A stretch of 64,000 nt of DNA, taken from IMG/VR virus record IMGVR_UViG_3300010370_002417, positions 13,259 through 77,258 of that record; one strand, written 5' to 3'. The notes below the pieces were generated by a model, which was not told the origin of the DNA, ran no database searches, and was given only the letters and a program-made list of their open reading frames with translations. How positions within the stretch are numbered: the stretch's first letter is position 1; each line of letters opens with the position of its first letter. Positions 17,705-26,650 of this stretch are shown piece after piece. This DNA comes from a virus. The position numbers and the translations under genes were made by a program.

Positions 17705-18508
17705 GTTTTCTTTCTCGACTTTGATCTCTTTCCAGATATCACCATCAGTTGTTACAGCTCCTACAGTTCTTATGTCACGACTGGCTGCAATGATAAGAAG
17801 AACAGCCAGAGGATCGATGACTAGTACAAGCAGAATAATCATGATACGTATAGCAGATTCTAAATCCTTCTCAGAATCAGCGCCATATATCAGTTCTGCG
17901 ACATAACGTATAGGACCGACTTCATTTCTAATCTCGCGAGTAGCCTTCATCAGTGGCGCTTTCTCGTCGAGCAACTTTTCGATATTAGTTTGCGCGTCTT
18001 TGATTTCAGCAGCTATGGTGTCGCGCTCTTTCTTTTGCTGATTGCGTATCTGTAATGCAGTTTGAGCGCGATTGTTTCTGTCTATGATACTATCTATTGC
18101 TCGATCTAACTGTCCAACTTGTTGTTCTGCTTTCGTGATGCGCGCACGCTCGCGCGTGAGCGAGCCATCTATTCTTTCTATCTTGGCTGCAACTTCGCCA
18201 CTCGGAGCAACTTGATCTAGATGCGCTTTGGATAAGAACCCAAAGATACCCATGCTTGTGATCAGCATGAGAATGAATAATGCGCTTACGAAATATGTTT
18301 TCATCAGAAACGGAACGTGCTTCCAGTTTCTGTATAGCCATGACGCAAGGATTATTTTTCCGAACTCCAACGTGCCGCCAAGAATGACGATCGCCCAGAA
18401 TGCTCCTGCGAAGATAGCTGTTAGACCTGTGACTGAGTACCACGCAGCGACAACGGATAATGCTATCCCTGTTGCCATAATCAACCAACGATCTAAGTTA
18501 AGTGCCAT
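17687..18508 (-). CDS. Membrane protein with a long coiled coil
   Basis: Three N-terminal TMs (ITSMGIFGFLSKAH), coiled coil, EVGPIRYVAE, C-terminal TM (DPLAVLL). Confidence 0.75.
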   Translation of the reverse strand: MALNLDRWLIMATGIALSVVAAWYSVTGLTAIFAGAFWAIVILGGTLEFGKIILASWLYRNWKHVPFLMKTYFVSALFILMLITSMGIFGFLSKAHLDQVAPSGEVAAKIERIDGSLTRERARITKAEQQVGQLDRAIDSIIDRNNRAQTALQIRNQQKKERDTIAAEIKDAQTNIEKLLDEKAPLMKATREIRNEVGPIRYVAELIYGADSEKDLESAIRIMIILLVLVIDPLAVLLIIAASRDIRTVGAVTTDGDIWKEIKVEKENLTTYA

Positions 18509-18677
18509 CGTGATCTTTTAGTAGCATCTTGGATGCTTCTACCCATAGACGGACCGAAAGGAGATCATGGTATCCCGCAGTTCCATCATACAGTTCGACA
18601 ACCATTTTTGCCACTTCCAGATCGCGTCCGTGCCACGTTAGGAAATCTTTATAGTTTTCTTTTGTTACTTCAAACAT
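18498..18677 (-). CDS. Hypothetical 59-aa protein (not in ORF track)
   Basis: Translated by hand: MFEVTKENYKDFLTWHGRD...KDHDGT. Overlaps both neighbours and fills the gap. Confidence 0.55.
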   Translation of the reverse strand: MFEVTKENYKDFLTWHGRDLEVAKMVVELYDGTAGYHDLLSVRLWVEASKMLLKDHDGT

Positions 18678-18891
18678 TGATCTTAGACATCTTTCTTCGA
18701 CCTATGGTTTCGTTAACTCGAGCGCGGATCTGTGCATTTTCCCAGGTCCAGCACTCGCCAGTGTCATCCTGAAACACAACCCACATCAAATCATTTTCCA
18801 TACCGTAGTCAATAAGAAAGTGAGCCATAGCCCGACCCTTTGGTGTCATCAAAGGAATCGGTGGATCAATTCTTGTAATCGTACTCTGCAT
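18670..18891 (-). CDS. Conserved small hypothetical protein
   Basis: PIPLMTPKG.A.AHFLIDYG.E.DL.WV.FQD.TGECWTW pattern. Confidence 0.7.
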   Translation of the reverse strand: MQSTITRIDPPIPLMTPKGRAMAHFLIDYGMENDLMWVVFQDDTGECWTWENAQIRARVNETIGRRKMSKINV

Positions 18892-18892
18892 A

Positions 18893-19261
18893 TCATCCTC
18901 TAGTTATTTTCAACACAGCATCCAACTGACGCTGACAGACTTCGCGCCTGTTAGGCCAGTGAATCCATTCTTTATCTGCAGTCTTCAATAGATTATTCAG
19001 CAGCGGAACTACGATAGCTTCAAGCTGTCTGATCTTATCGCGCATTTCTGTTTCTGTAGCACTGGAAGCTACGTTGTTCTGCATTCTGCTAAACTCAACA
19101 AGAATGCGATCTAGCTTTTCATCAACAGAATCGAAGCGATCGTCGAGATCGATATTGATAACTGGCTGCTCAACAGGAGCTGGCTTCGCGAAGTCTGGCT
19201 CATCGACTGCGGAGAACCCATAGTCTTGTCCAAGATATTCAGCAGGGATATTCACAGTCAT
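18893..19261 (-). CDS. Conserved hypothetical protein downstream of gp43
   Basis: DYGFSAVDE...PLLNNL....KEWIHWPNR motif; 4-nt overlap with gp43. Confidence 0.7.
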   Translation of the reverse strand: MTVNIPAEYLGQDYGFSAVDEPDFAKPAPVEQPVINIDLDDRFDSVDEKLDRILVEFSRMQNNVASSATETEMRDKIRQLEAIVVPLLNNLLKTADKEWIHWPNRREVCQRQLDAVLKITRG

Positions 19262-21753
19262 GCAAAGAAATCCTCCAATGTACTTTGCTTTTCTTCGTGC
19301 CAGTTGATCACTTCAAGAATAGCGCGCAACGGCTCGAGAAACGTCTTGTCAAATTGCATATCGTAATCAATGTACTTCTTCAGATTGAACTCTGCCGGCA
19401 GTTCATTGATCGCAGATATCACATTGTCATGTAATGGGTTTGGCATCTTGAGATAGGAGAAGCGAATCTTCTCACCATCTTTGATATACTCATACTTCTT
19501 ATTCAGTTTCATCTCGCGAATCTTGCTGTTATACAACAGAGCGCCGCGCACATGAATCGGAATAGACTTTGTTTCCTTGGCATATTTAGTTAGATTCTGC
19601 ACAGATCTTGGGAATGATACTTCTTCGAACGGCAGCTGGTTGAACTCGCTTCTAAAGTTCGCTATGAAATCCTGCAGCGTTGTTTCATCCTTCGACATAA
19701 TAATGTTCAGCGCGTCGATGATAGCCTGACGACAAACTGCAGGAGTCGACGACTTAACTGCTTCGATACCCATGATCTTCAGTTTGGGCTTTGCATATCG
19801 CACGCCCTCAGAGTCATGAACGTTGAGGATATATCGTTTCTTCGCAGTCCAGATACCGCGGTCAGCAATAACCTCGCGCTTCATGTTCATCTTTTGCGCG
19901 AACGCCCCCATCCGAATAGCAAGATCCGAATAGATGCGATCAATAACTGGTTCGATCTTCTCGCTAGCCATCTTATCAAGGAACGAAACAATCCGATCTT
20001 TCGAAACTTCTGAGTCGTTATCCGTCTCTCCTCGTTCTTCAAACACCATGTGTACAAGTCTATCAAACGAGATGTAAAGTGAATCCGTATCCGAAGCAAT
20101 GACATAGTCTTCTCCGTCAGTCTTGAGTAGTTTGTTCAGATATTTGTTTATCTCATTCTCAGCCCAGCGAATAGAAAGCTGACCGCCGAGAGTAATCGCT
20201 GTAGCCTGATCAATATCAAAGAAACGAAAGTGAGGATTACCAATCGCGCCGTAAGCTGAGTTCAACTGAACTTTCTTAGCGAGCTGCATATTTTTGTATC
20301 GAGATATATCTTTAGATGCTTGCTTATCTTTCGTCGCTTCGTACTTCTTCTGCGCTTCGATCATCTTGTTTTTATATACAACACGATCGTTGTACATACG
20401 TTCCATGATCTCAGGTAGGAATCCTTGCTTGTCTTTCTTGAAGAAGCATCCATTCGCAGCCATGCCATACCCATCCGGCACTTCAGGGAATATGCCATCG
20501 AGCAGTTCATCGACGCTGGTCTGTGCTCTCTTTCCACGCAACAACGTTTCAGGACTGATGTTGTACTGCATGATAAGATGCGGATACAGAGAGTTCAAGT
20601 CGAATGACATAACCCAGTTGTGTGCTCCGACCTGCGGATCTTTGACGAACGCGCCAACATACGCTTCGTCTTTGCTTCCGCCGCCAGTCAGCGGAACTGC
20701 AATCTTCTGCTTCCATAGATGATTGTGAATGATGACGTCCCACATACGAACCTGTGTGAACACATCGAGCAATGTGACTTTCGCATCGTACGCGAGCGCG
20801 AGAGCCATGTCAATCAGTTTCATCTTGTCATCGAGCTTTTCTACGAGCTCAACGTCTCGAATGTTATAGTCGATGAATCGCTGGAAATCTTTTACATAGA
20901 ACTCATGCAGCGTGTCGTAGTCATATGATAGCTTTCGTTCGCCTAGCTCAATGAAGCCAATGTGATCTAGCTTGTATGACTCTTGCTGAGAATATGTAAA
21001 CTTCTGATACATCTCAAGATAGTCGAGAGTCGCGATGCCGCCGATGTTGAATACAGTTTCTTCTTTGAACTTCGTACGAACCTGACGCTCTTTGAAGATT
21101 CTCCACGGTGAGAATCGCTTCGCTTCGCTCTCGCCAATGATTTGATTCATGCGACGAATGAGATACGGAATATCGAAGAACGTGACGTTCCATCCAGTTA
21201 CGACATCAGGGTAGCCGCCTTCAGCCCACTCGCTGAGGAAGCGGGTGAGCAGTTCTCTTTCGTTGTTGCATTGATGATAGAACACATCGTTGCGCGAAGG
21301 AACATAGTCGCCATATCCCCACACATGGAATATGCTATCTTTCTTCAGCGTGATGGCTGTAACTTCGTGGAGTGCTTCGTCTGCGCTTGGAAAGCCAAAC
21401 TCTGAGCTCACCTCGATATCGATGTACGCGACTTTGATTAGATCACGATCGTACACGACTTCTTCTGGATATTCTTCGTTCAGATACGCATAGATAAATC
21501 GTGGGAGACCATAGACCTTGAAGTTAGATACATCTTCGTATCTATTGATAAAGTCTTTAGCCTCTCGGATAGAATCAAACTGCATACTATCCAGGGGCAC
21601 GCCACGGATATCGCGCCAACCTGCATTCTCACGCTTGGAGGGAACAAACATCTTTGGCTTGTAGGGAATCTTTTCAGAGAAGGCTTGTCCGCGATCATAG
21701 CCGCGGACAAGAATGTTGTTTCCGTACTCGAGAGCATTAGTATAGAACTTCAT
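19258..21753 (-). CDS. 43: Family B DNA polymerase gp43
   Basis: Exonuclease DIEV and GWN..FDIPY; polymerase SFDLNSLYP, KVQLNSAYG, ASDTDS and KKRY. Confidence 0.97.
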   Translation of the reverse strand: MKFYTNALEYGNNILVRGYDRGQAFSEKIPYKPKMFVPSKRENAGWRDIRGVPLDSMQFDSIREAKDFINRYEDVSNFKVYGLPRFIYAYLNEEYPEEVVYDRDLIKVAYIDIEVSSEFGFPSADEALHEVTAITLKKDSIFHVWGYGDYVPSRNDVFYHQCNNERELLTRFLSEWAEGGYPDVVTGWNVTFFDIPYLIRRMNQIIGESEAKRFSPWRIFKERQVRTKFKEETVFNIGGIATLDYLEMYQKFTYSQQESYKLDHIGFIELGERKLSYDYDTLHEFYVKDFQRFIDYNIRDVELVEKLDDKMKLIDMALALAYDAKVTLLDVFTQVRMWDVIIHNHLWKQKIAVPLTGGGSKDEAYVGAFVKDPQVGAHNWVMSFDLNSLYPHLIMQYNISPETLLRGKRAQTSVDELLDGIFPEVPDGYGMAANGCFFKKDKQGFLPEIMERMYNDRVVYKNKMIEAQKKYEATKDKQASKDISRYKNMQLAKKVQLNSAYGAIGNPHFRFFDIDQATAITLGGQLSIRWAENEINKYLNKLLKTDGEDYVIASDTDSLYISFDRLVHMVFEERGETDNDSEVSKDRIVSFLDKMASEKIEPVIDRIYSDLAIRMGAFAQKMNMKREVIADRGIWTAKKRYILNVHDSEGVRYAKPKLKIMGIEAVKSSTPAVCRQAIIDALNIIMSKDETTLQDFIANFRSEFNQLPFEEVSFPRSVQNLTKYAKETKSIPIHVRGALLYNSKIREMKLNKKYEYIKDGEKIRFSYLKMPNPLHDNVISAINELPAEFNLKKYIDYDMQFDKTFLEPLRAILEVINWHEEKQSTLEDFFA

Positions 21754-21759
21754 ATTCTA

Positions 21760-21788
21760 ATACTATCATATCAAGACGCGGTTGTCAA
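21760..21788 (-). promoter_or_regulatory. Sigma70 promoter, predicted leaderless, for gp43
   Basis: TTGACA-17-TAGTAT-6 nt-ATG. Confidence 0.7.
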
Positions 21789-22115
21789 GATCCCTTTCTT
21801 GGGTAATACAAGTCCAGAACCAAAGTTCTGATTGTATGTGTTCTCGATCTGTTCGTCTGGTTCGTATGTGAAAAGAACATTGCGCGGATCCAGAATGATT
21901 TCTTTGTTCCTAGCCATAGGAATGAAATCAATCAGAGCCATTTGTGTCTTTCCAGTTGCCGTAGGCTGCAACAGAACAGCTGCAGGTTTCAGCACTCTAA
22001 TCATATTACCAGCGACACCAACCTTTCCGATGATCTCGTCGCCATTCAGCAAACGAAGCATCATAATGGTTGTACCAACATCTTGACTAGCAGCATTCAC
22101 AGGATTCACATTCAT
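21771..22115 (-). CDS. Sm-like fold hypothetical protein
   Basis: LRLLNGDEIIG...YNQNFGSGLVLP pattern of T4-like Sm-like proteins. Confidence 0.65.
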   Translation of the reverse strand: MNVNPVNAASQDVGTTIMMLRLLNGDEIIGKVGVAGNMIRVLKPAAVLLQPTATGKTQMALIDFIPMARNKEIILDPRNVLFTYEPDEQIENTYNQNFGSGLVLPKKGILTTAS

Positions 22116-22124
22116 ATTATTTCC

Positions 22125-22607
22125 TCACTTCGTTACGCCCGCCATCTTCTCCTGACCACGGGACCAAGCAGCAATACCAAGAACAGCACCCATTGCGAGA
22201 TGGAACAGACCAGCGCCTTGCAGCGTGAGAGGATTCCATTGCGTGAGTGGCATCTTTACCATGACTTGTGCGACCGACCACATAATTGGAAAGACCGCCA
22301 TGTCGAGTACGCAGATAACCATATAACACCAACCCATTGCTGGACGCCATTTCTTCGCCATCCAGTCTTCATTCTGCTTTGCGTTTTCCGCTTCCCACTT
22401 CTTCTTCTCTAGTTCGATAGCAGCAAGTTGTGCTGCTTCTGATAGTTGTGGAGCAGCAGAAGCGACTGGACCAGAAGAACGAGTAGTGGTCTCTACATAT
22501 GTAGTTGGAATAGAAGCAGCTGCACCTTTCGTAGCAGCAGGAATCTGATCCATAGCAGGTTTCGCGACGATTGGCTCGTCGTCTGTTGTAGTTCCGAATT
22601 TTGGCAT
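22125..22607 (-). CDS. Holin (GTA 3TM-holin-like)
   Basis: KWRPAMGW...MGAVLG.AAWSRGQEK motif; directly downstream of the endolysin. Confidence 0.75.
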   Translation of the reverse strand: MPKFGTTTDDEPIVAKPAMDQIPAATKGAAASIPTTYVETTTRSSGPVASAAPQLSEAAQLAAIELEKKKWEAENAKQNEDWMAKKWRPAMGWCYMVICVLDMAVFPIMWSVAQVMVKMPLTQWNPLTLQGAGLFHLAMGAVLGIAAWSRGQEKMAGVTK

Positions 22608-22617
22608 CGTGATTTCC

Positions 22618-23235
22618 TTATGCGAATATTTCTAAAGCAGCCGCATAATGTTCTTCACGATCTTTCAATCCTATAGTTCCACCGTTGATTTTCTTTGTGA
22701 CAGTAAGAACGTCACCTCTATCAGCCCACTGATTCAGTTCACGAGAATCCCAGAACCAACCAGCGGACCAAGCCGCACCTTCAGCTGTTTCGAGCCACTC
22801 AGTTGCTTCCGCGAGATCCATGTTCATGTCTGTCGCAAATGCTTGATAGTTGCTCTTTCCTGTCAGCTGAATAAGTCCACGCCCACAATAACGATAACCG
22901 TCTCCAGACTCTGGAGGACCGTTACCCATACGACTGGCGTAAACTAGATTTGCAATCTTTTCAGGCTGTTTAGCGTATTGATTAGGATCTTTACCACGGA
23001 AATACTTTGGGAAGATCTTTACTAGCGTCTCAGCTCTATAGTTTAGATTTTCCTTACGAGCACGCAGTCCACCTGATTCGTGTCCTACCTGTGCAAGGAA
23101 CATTGAGATACGATTCTTATTATTGATTTCGTAGAACTCCATCACTTCGTTGAGTGGTTCTACGAACTCCTGAACGATGTCTTCGTCCGTATCCTCGAAA
23201 AACTCATTCAGTTGGTCAAATGTAACAAGCGCCAT
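22618..23235 (-). CDS. Glycoside hydrolase family 19 endolysin
   Basis: FLAQVGHES, ENLNY, GRGLIQLTGKSNY and TKKINGG motifs; CTAAATA promoter at 23255-23261. Confidence 0.92.
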   Translation of the reverse strand: MALVTFDQLNEFFEDTDEDIVQEFVEPLNEVMEFYEINNKNRISMFLAQVGHESGGLRARKENLNYRAETLVKIFPKYFRGKDPNQYAKQPEKIANLVYASRMGNGPPESGDGYRYCGRGLIQLTGKSNYQAFATDMNMDLAEATEWLETAEGAAWSAGWFWDSRELNQWADRGDVLTVTKKINGGTIGLKDREEHYAAALEIFA

Positions 23236-23330
23236 TGGACCCTCCTTTCAGCTGTATTTAGCTGTAAGGGCGGTTCCCCATCTTTTCGCGCATTAGATTC
23301 TTGGTTTCTGTGATGATGTTGCATATAAAC

Positions 23331-23480
23331 TTAAGCATTGGGCACCAGATGTGTTTTATAAGCGACGTAAACGATTTCTTCGCGATACATACCAAGCTGC
23401 TCGAGCTCGTCGTCGCTCAGCTTCATAAGCTCGATGATTGTGTTATAGTAACGATATGTTTGTGTGAACCAGTCTAACAT
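23331..23480 (-). CDS. DUF1127 (YjiS-like) small protein
   Basis: YRYYNT..EL.KLSDDELEQLG.YREEI fits the DUF1127 pattern; AAGGAG RBS. Confidence 0.7.
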   Translation of the reverse strand: MLDWFTQTYRYYNTIIELMKLSDDELEQLGMYREEIVYVAYKTHLVPNA

Positions 23481-23497
23481 GTGTGTCTCCTTAAACA

Positions 23498-23528
23498 GAA
23501 AAAAGCTGGGCAGCGTGAACTGCCCAGC
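23498..23528 (-). terminator. Rho-independent terminator after hsp20
   Basis: GCTGGGCAG-TTCACG-CTGCCCAGC-TTTTTT. Confidence 0.8.
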
Positions 23529-23554
23529 GCATAGCAAAAAACTCAATAGGATGA

Positions 23555-24013
23555 TTAGTCCTTGATTTCGATCTTCTTAGACTTTTGATGCTCTGGAATA
23601 AGATTCTCGAGCCACACCTTAAGAATGCCGTTAACGAGCTCTGCGTTCTTGACTTCTACCGTGTCGGAGAGCGTGAAGTGGCGCGTAAATGCGCGTTCAG
23701 CGATTCCCTTATAGAAGTAGTAAACGTTGGCGTTGTCAACGTCGTTCGCTTCCTTCGTCTTTCCTGAGATGACGAGCTTTCCGTTCTCAAGAGTCATCTC
23801 GATGTCTGTCTTGGCGAATCCAGCTACAGCCATCTCGATAACGTATTTGTTATCGCCGACCTTCTTGATATTGTATGGAGGATAGCCTGGAAGGCTCTTT
23901 CCAATGTTATCAAGTTGAGAGGAGAGGAGCTTGAAGGTCTTGTCGAATCCTACAGAGAATGGATCGAACTGACCGAAAGGCGAAGGGATTTGTGCGTATT
24001 CATTCTTTGCCAT
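23555..24013 (-). CDS. Small heat shock protein Hsp20 (IbpA-like)
   Basis: YPPYNI...IEMAVAGF...YKGIAERAFTR.F.L...AELVNGIL motifs. Confidence 0.93.
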   Translation of the reverse strand: MAKNEYAQIPSPFGQFDPFSVGFDKTFKLLSSQLDNIGKSLPGYPPYNIKKVGDNKYVIEMAVAGFAKTDIEMTLENGKLVISGKTKEANDVDNANVYYFYKGIAERAFTRHFTLSDTVEVKNAELVNGILKVWLENLIPEHQKSKKIEIKD

Positions 24014-24019
24014 AGTGTT

Positions 24020-24064
24020 ACCTCCTGTTAGGCAAGGTTGAGTTTGTGACCTCGAAAGCGTCAC
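24020..24064 (-). promoter_or_regulatory. ROSE-like RNA thermometer in the hsp20 5' UTR
   Basis: Hairpin GUGAC..GUCAC, then ACCUUGCCU-AAC-AGGAGGU pairing over the SD with a bulged G. Confidence 0.55.
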
Positions 24065-24198
24065 ATCAGTATATATAAGCGGTGCAACCAAAAATGTCAA
24101 GGGTGTTGCACAAATAATATTGGAACCTGTATGCGAAGTAGATTCCTACAGCCAGCCCTATATTCAGCAGCTGGCTGAAGAAATGAACTAGGAATAGA

Positions 24199-24606
24199 TC
24201 AGTCGACTGATCTTTTCTTCCCGATGTTATACTTGGCTTCCAGTTTCCAATCATTCTTTTCCTTATGCGCTAGAATCTTGATTTGATTCAGCGGCGCGAT
24301 AGGATCCTTCGTGCGATTGTCGTCTACAATATCAATCAAGTCCCACTCAGCCAAAAGATTGGCGATCGTATTGCGACGCGCCTTATCTTCGTCCGAGAAA
24401 TTCGTAGGTTTGCCGTCGAGCGCAAACAGCTCTTTGAAATGTACGATATAGTAACGCCCTTGCTTATGCAGAATGTGACAGGACTGAAACAGAACCTTGT
24501 CTCTGCGTGACGCTACACCAATTCTTGTGAGGGTTTCTCTGATCTTCAAAAAGTCTTCTGCTGTGCGCAGCTTGACTTCCACCATTGAATCAACCGATGC
24601 ATTCAT
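24199..24606 (-). CDS. regA: Translational repressor RegA
   Basis: DFLKIRETLTRIG...QSCHILHKQGRYYIVHFKELF motif. Confidence 0.95.
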   Translation of the reverse strand: MNASVDSMVEVKLRTAEDFLKIRETLTRIGVASRRDKVLFQSCHILHKQGRYYIVHFKELFALDGKPTNFSDEDKARRNTIANLLAEWDLIDIVDDNRTKDPIAPLNQIKILAHKEKNDWKLEAKYNIGKKRSVD

Positions 24607-24998
24607 ACCTTTCCACCTTTGTCGAGTGCTACCTCGATCATGGTCAACTGTTCATCGGTTAAGACTCGCAATGCCTGCTCCGCCTTAGCACGACCATAGC
24701 CGAAATACTCCATGATCATTTCGACGGTTGCGTCGGGGGCTTGCTTTTTCCATTTGGCATACCTCTTACGCTTCCGCAAGCTATTTAGTAAATACTCGTA
24801 CTGCGGCTTATGCTCGAGATGTGGGCGCACATTCATCTCGTTGGCGTAAAGGATTGAGTCCTGAAAGTAAGACAGCGAACGATTAGTCAGATAGGGCTTG
24901 TAGCCTTTCTCTGCGAGTTCATCGTTCGCTGTCCCACGCATCAGATTCTTTTTAGTATGGCTTACACTATCGACATAGACAAAGGGATTACTCATCAA
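24603..24998 (-). CDS. 62: Clamp loader small subunit gp62
   Basis: Y.PYLTNRSLSYF.D.ILYANEMN...RKRKR..KW motif; upstream of regA. Confidence 0.9.
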   Translation of the reverse strand: MMSNPFVYVDSVSHTKKNLMRGTANDELAEKGYKPYLTNRSLSYFQDSILYANEMNVRPHLEHKPQYEYLLNSLRKRKRYAKWKKQAPDATVEMIMEYFGYGRAKAEQALRVLTDEQLTMIEVALDKGGKV

Positions 24999-25287
24999 AG
25001 AATCTATCTAAAGTTGCTCCAACGCGATCGTTCTTTTCTTTATCGCGGCGCATCTTAGTCTGTGCATCTCTACACTCGACGCATATGCGTTCAGAAGGAT
25101 CGAGCACGTTGTATGGTTTCGTTTTGGTGTAATCGGGCGATCTCATATAGAAGCTTGTTAGCGATCTGTGATTATAACATTTTGGGCAGAACTTGCTTCT
25201 AACTGTGGTCGTCCCGTATATAGTATTCGTTGTCAGTTGTTCAGGAGTCTTTCGCCATACAACTGGTATATTCGCTTCTCTTCTCAT
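24988..25287 (-). CDS. Hypothetical Zn-finger protein
   Basis: CPKC...FY...CVEC. Confidence 0.6.
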   Translation of the reverse strand: MRREANIPVVWRKTPEQLTTNTIYGTTTVRSKFCPKCYNHRSLTSFYMRSPDYTKTKPYNVLDPSERICVECRDAQTKMRRDKEKNDRVGATLDRFFDE

Positions 25288-25595
25288 TATTTAATCCTCT
25301 TGATCTCGGGTCCGCAGAGGTAAATAATGGCTTCGTTGACTTCATCCAATGTGATGTCACCAAACCATTCAAATCCGCCTGCCCTCAAAAGTTTATCCCT
25401 GAAATAACGATGGAGCACCTTGTCCGATCCACGGGCGCGCTCTCCGATATTCCAGATAGCTCTAGTATATAATGGTTCAAATGTTTTGTCAAACTCTATT
25501 CTGCGTTTCTCAACGCCTGATAGAGATTCGGTTTCACCAATCTTCAGGCGGTTAGCCTGAAGATCAGTGTCGGTAGCAAGACAGTAGATATACAT
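25287..25595 (-). CDS. GIY-YIG-like (T5orf172-type) protein
   Basis: YIYC...LKIGET...R...D..LH..F.....EWF pattern. Confidence 0.6.
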   Translation of the reverse strand: MYIYCLATDTDLQANRLKIGETESLSGVEKRRIEFDKTFEPLYTRAIWNIGERARGSDKVLHRYFRDKLLRAGGFEWFGDITLDEVNEAIIYLCGPEIKRIK

Positions 25596-25596
25596 C

Positions 25597-26529
25597 TTAC
25601 TGTTTCCGATAGGGCAGAAACTCGTAAGTGATTTCCATTGAGCAATATTTCAGCCAATCATTGATAGCCTTGATAGTGCTCGTCTTGAGCTTGGTGTCGC
25701 TGTAGTTCTTGAAGTGAAATACAATATGCGCCCTGTTATAATTCAGCGCATTTCCAACAGCCTTGCCTAGCGTCTCGTAGATCTTATCGCGAGTAACAAC
25801 GGCCCAAGTGACTGCAACGCTCTCGTCGTTCTGTTCGAACTCCTCTTCAAGCTCCTGCTTGATGAGATTCATTTCACTGGCAGAATATTGTCTAAAGTTG
25901 AACTTGGAGCGAAGCTCTTCTTCTTTAAGATCATTCTTAGCTTCCATGATCAGCTTACCAATCGTGGAGCTCTTCATCTGCACAGAAGCAGAAATGGCAG
26001 ATTGATAGTCAGCCGTATCCACATTGATACCACTGATGATATCTTTACGAATCATATCGCGCACATCAGACTTGGTTGTCTTGTTATGTACAACTTCTAT
26101 ACGATTCATCACAAGCGCAATTTGAACCAGCACTCGTTCACGATCATTAGCATCTTCGGGAAGACGATTTTCGGGGATAACAACGATCTTGGCGTCAGTC
26201 AGTCCCTTGACCAGCTTCTTCTCAAAGGCTTCAACATAAGCGGCGCATGTGTGATTGCCGTTAATGAGTCGAAGCGAGCCATCGACGCGGCGCTCAACAA
26301 GAATCGGATCAGCGAAATCCATGTGACCAAAATATCGAATACGATCGATGATTTCAGCCAATACATCAACATTGATTTTGTTTGATCGAACTTGAAGAAC
26401 GGAAGTTTCGTCTGTATACCATTTAAGGACCTGCTTAAAAGCAGCCTTAGAAATGGCGAACTTGCCATCTTTATAATCTGCGACGATAGATTCAGCCACG
26501 CGCAGGTGTTCATTATGCGTCATACCCAT
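25597..26529 (-). CDS. Hypothetical protein with ParB/Srx-like motif
   Basis: PILV...RLINGNHT.AA resembles the ParB-like D/NGxHR box; has its own promoter and RBS. Confidence 0.55.
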   Translation of the reverse strand: MGMTHNEHLRVAESIVADYKDGKFAISKAAFKQVLKWYTDETSVLQVRSNKINVDVLAEIIDRIRYFGHMDFADPILVERRVDGSLRLINGNHTCAAYVEAFEKKLVKGLTDAKIVVIPENRLPEDANDRERVLVQIALVMNRIEVVHNKTTKSDVRDMIRKDIISGINVDTADYQSAISASVQMKSSTIGKLIMEAKNDLKEEELRSKFNFRQYSASEMNLIKQELEEEFEQNDESVAVTWAVVTRDKIYETLGKAVGNALNYNRAHIVFHFKNYSDTKLKTSTIKAINDWLKYCSMEITYEFLPYRKQ

Positions 26530-26617
26530 TTGCTTTCTCCTCTAAAGGTGCCCGATCTGTCACAGCGACTATTCGGCTACAGCCTTTTTCTAAGTGAGCA
26601 AATCACTCACTATCTTT

Positions 26618-26646
26618 ATAGTACCACGATGGCACCAGATTGTCAA
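26618..26646 (-). promoter_or_regulatory. Sigma70 promoter of the inserted cassette
   Basis: TTGACA-17-TACTAT. Confidence 0.7.
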
Positions 26647-26650
26647 GGGT

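Noticed and set aside
14896-21753. Introns or inteins in gp41, uvsX and gp43
   Set aside because: Lengths and motif spacing are normal and the ORFs are uninterrupted.
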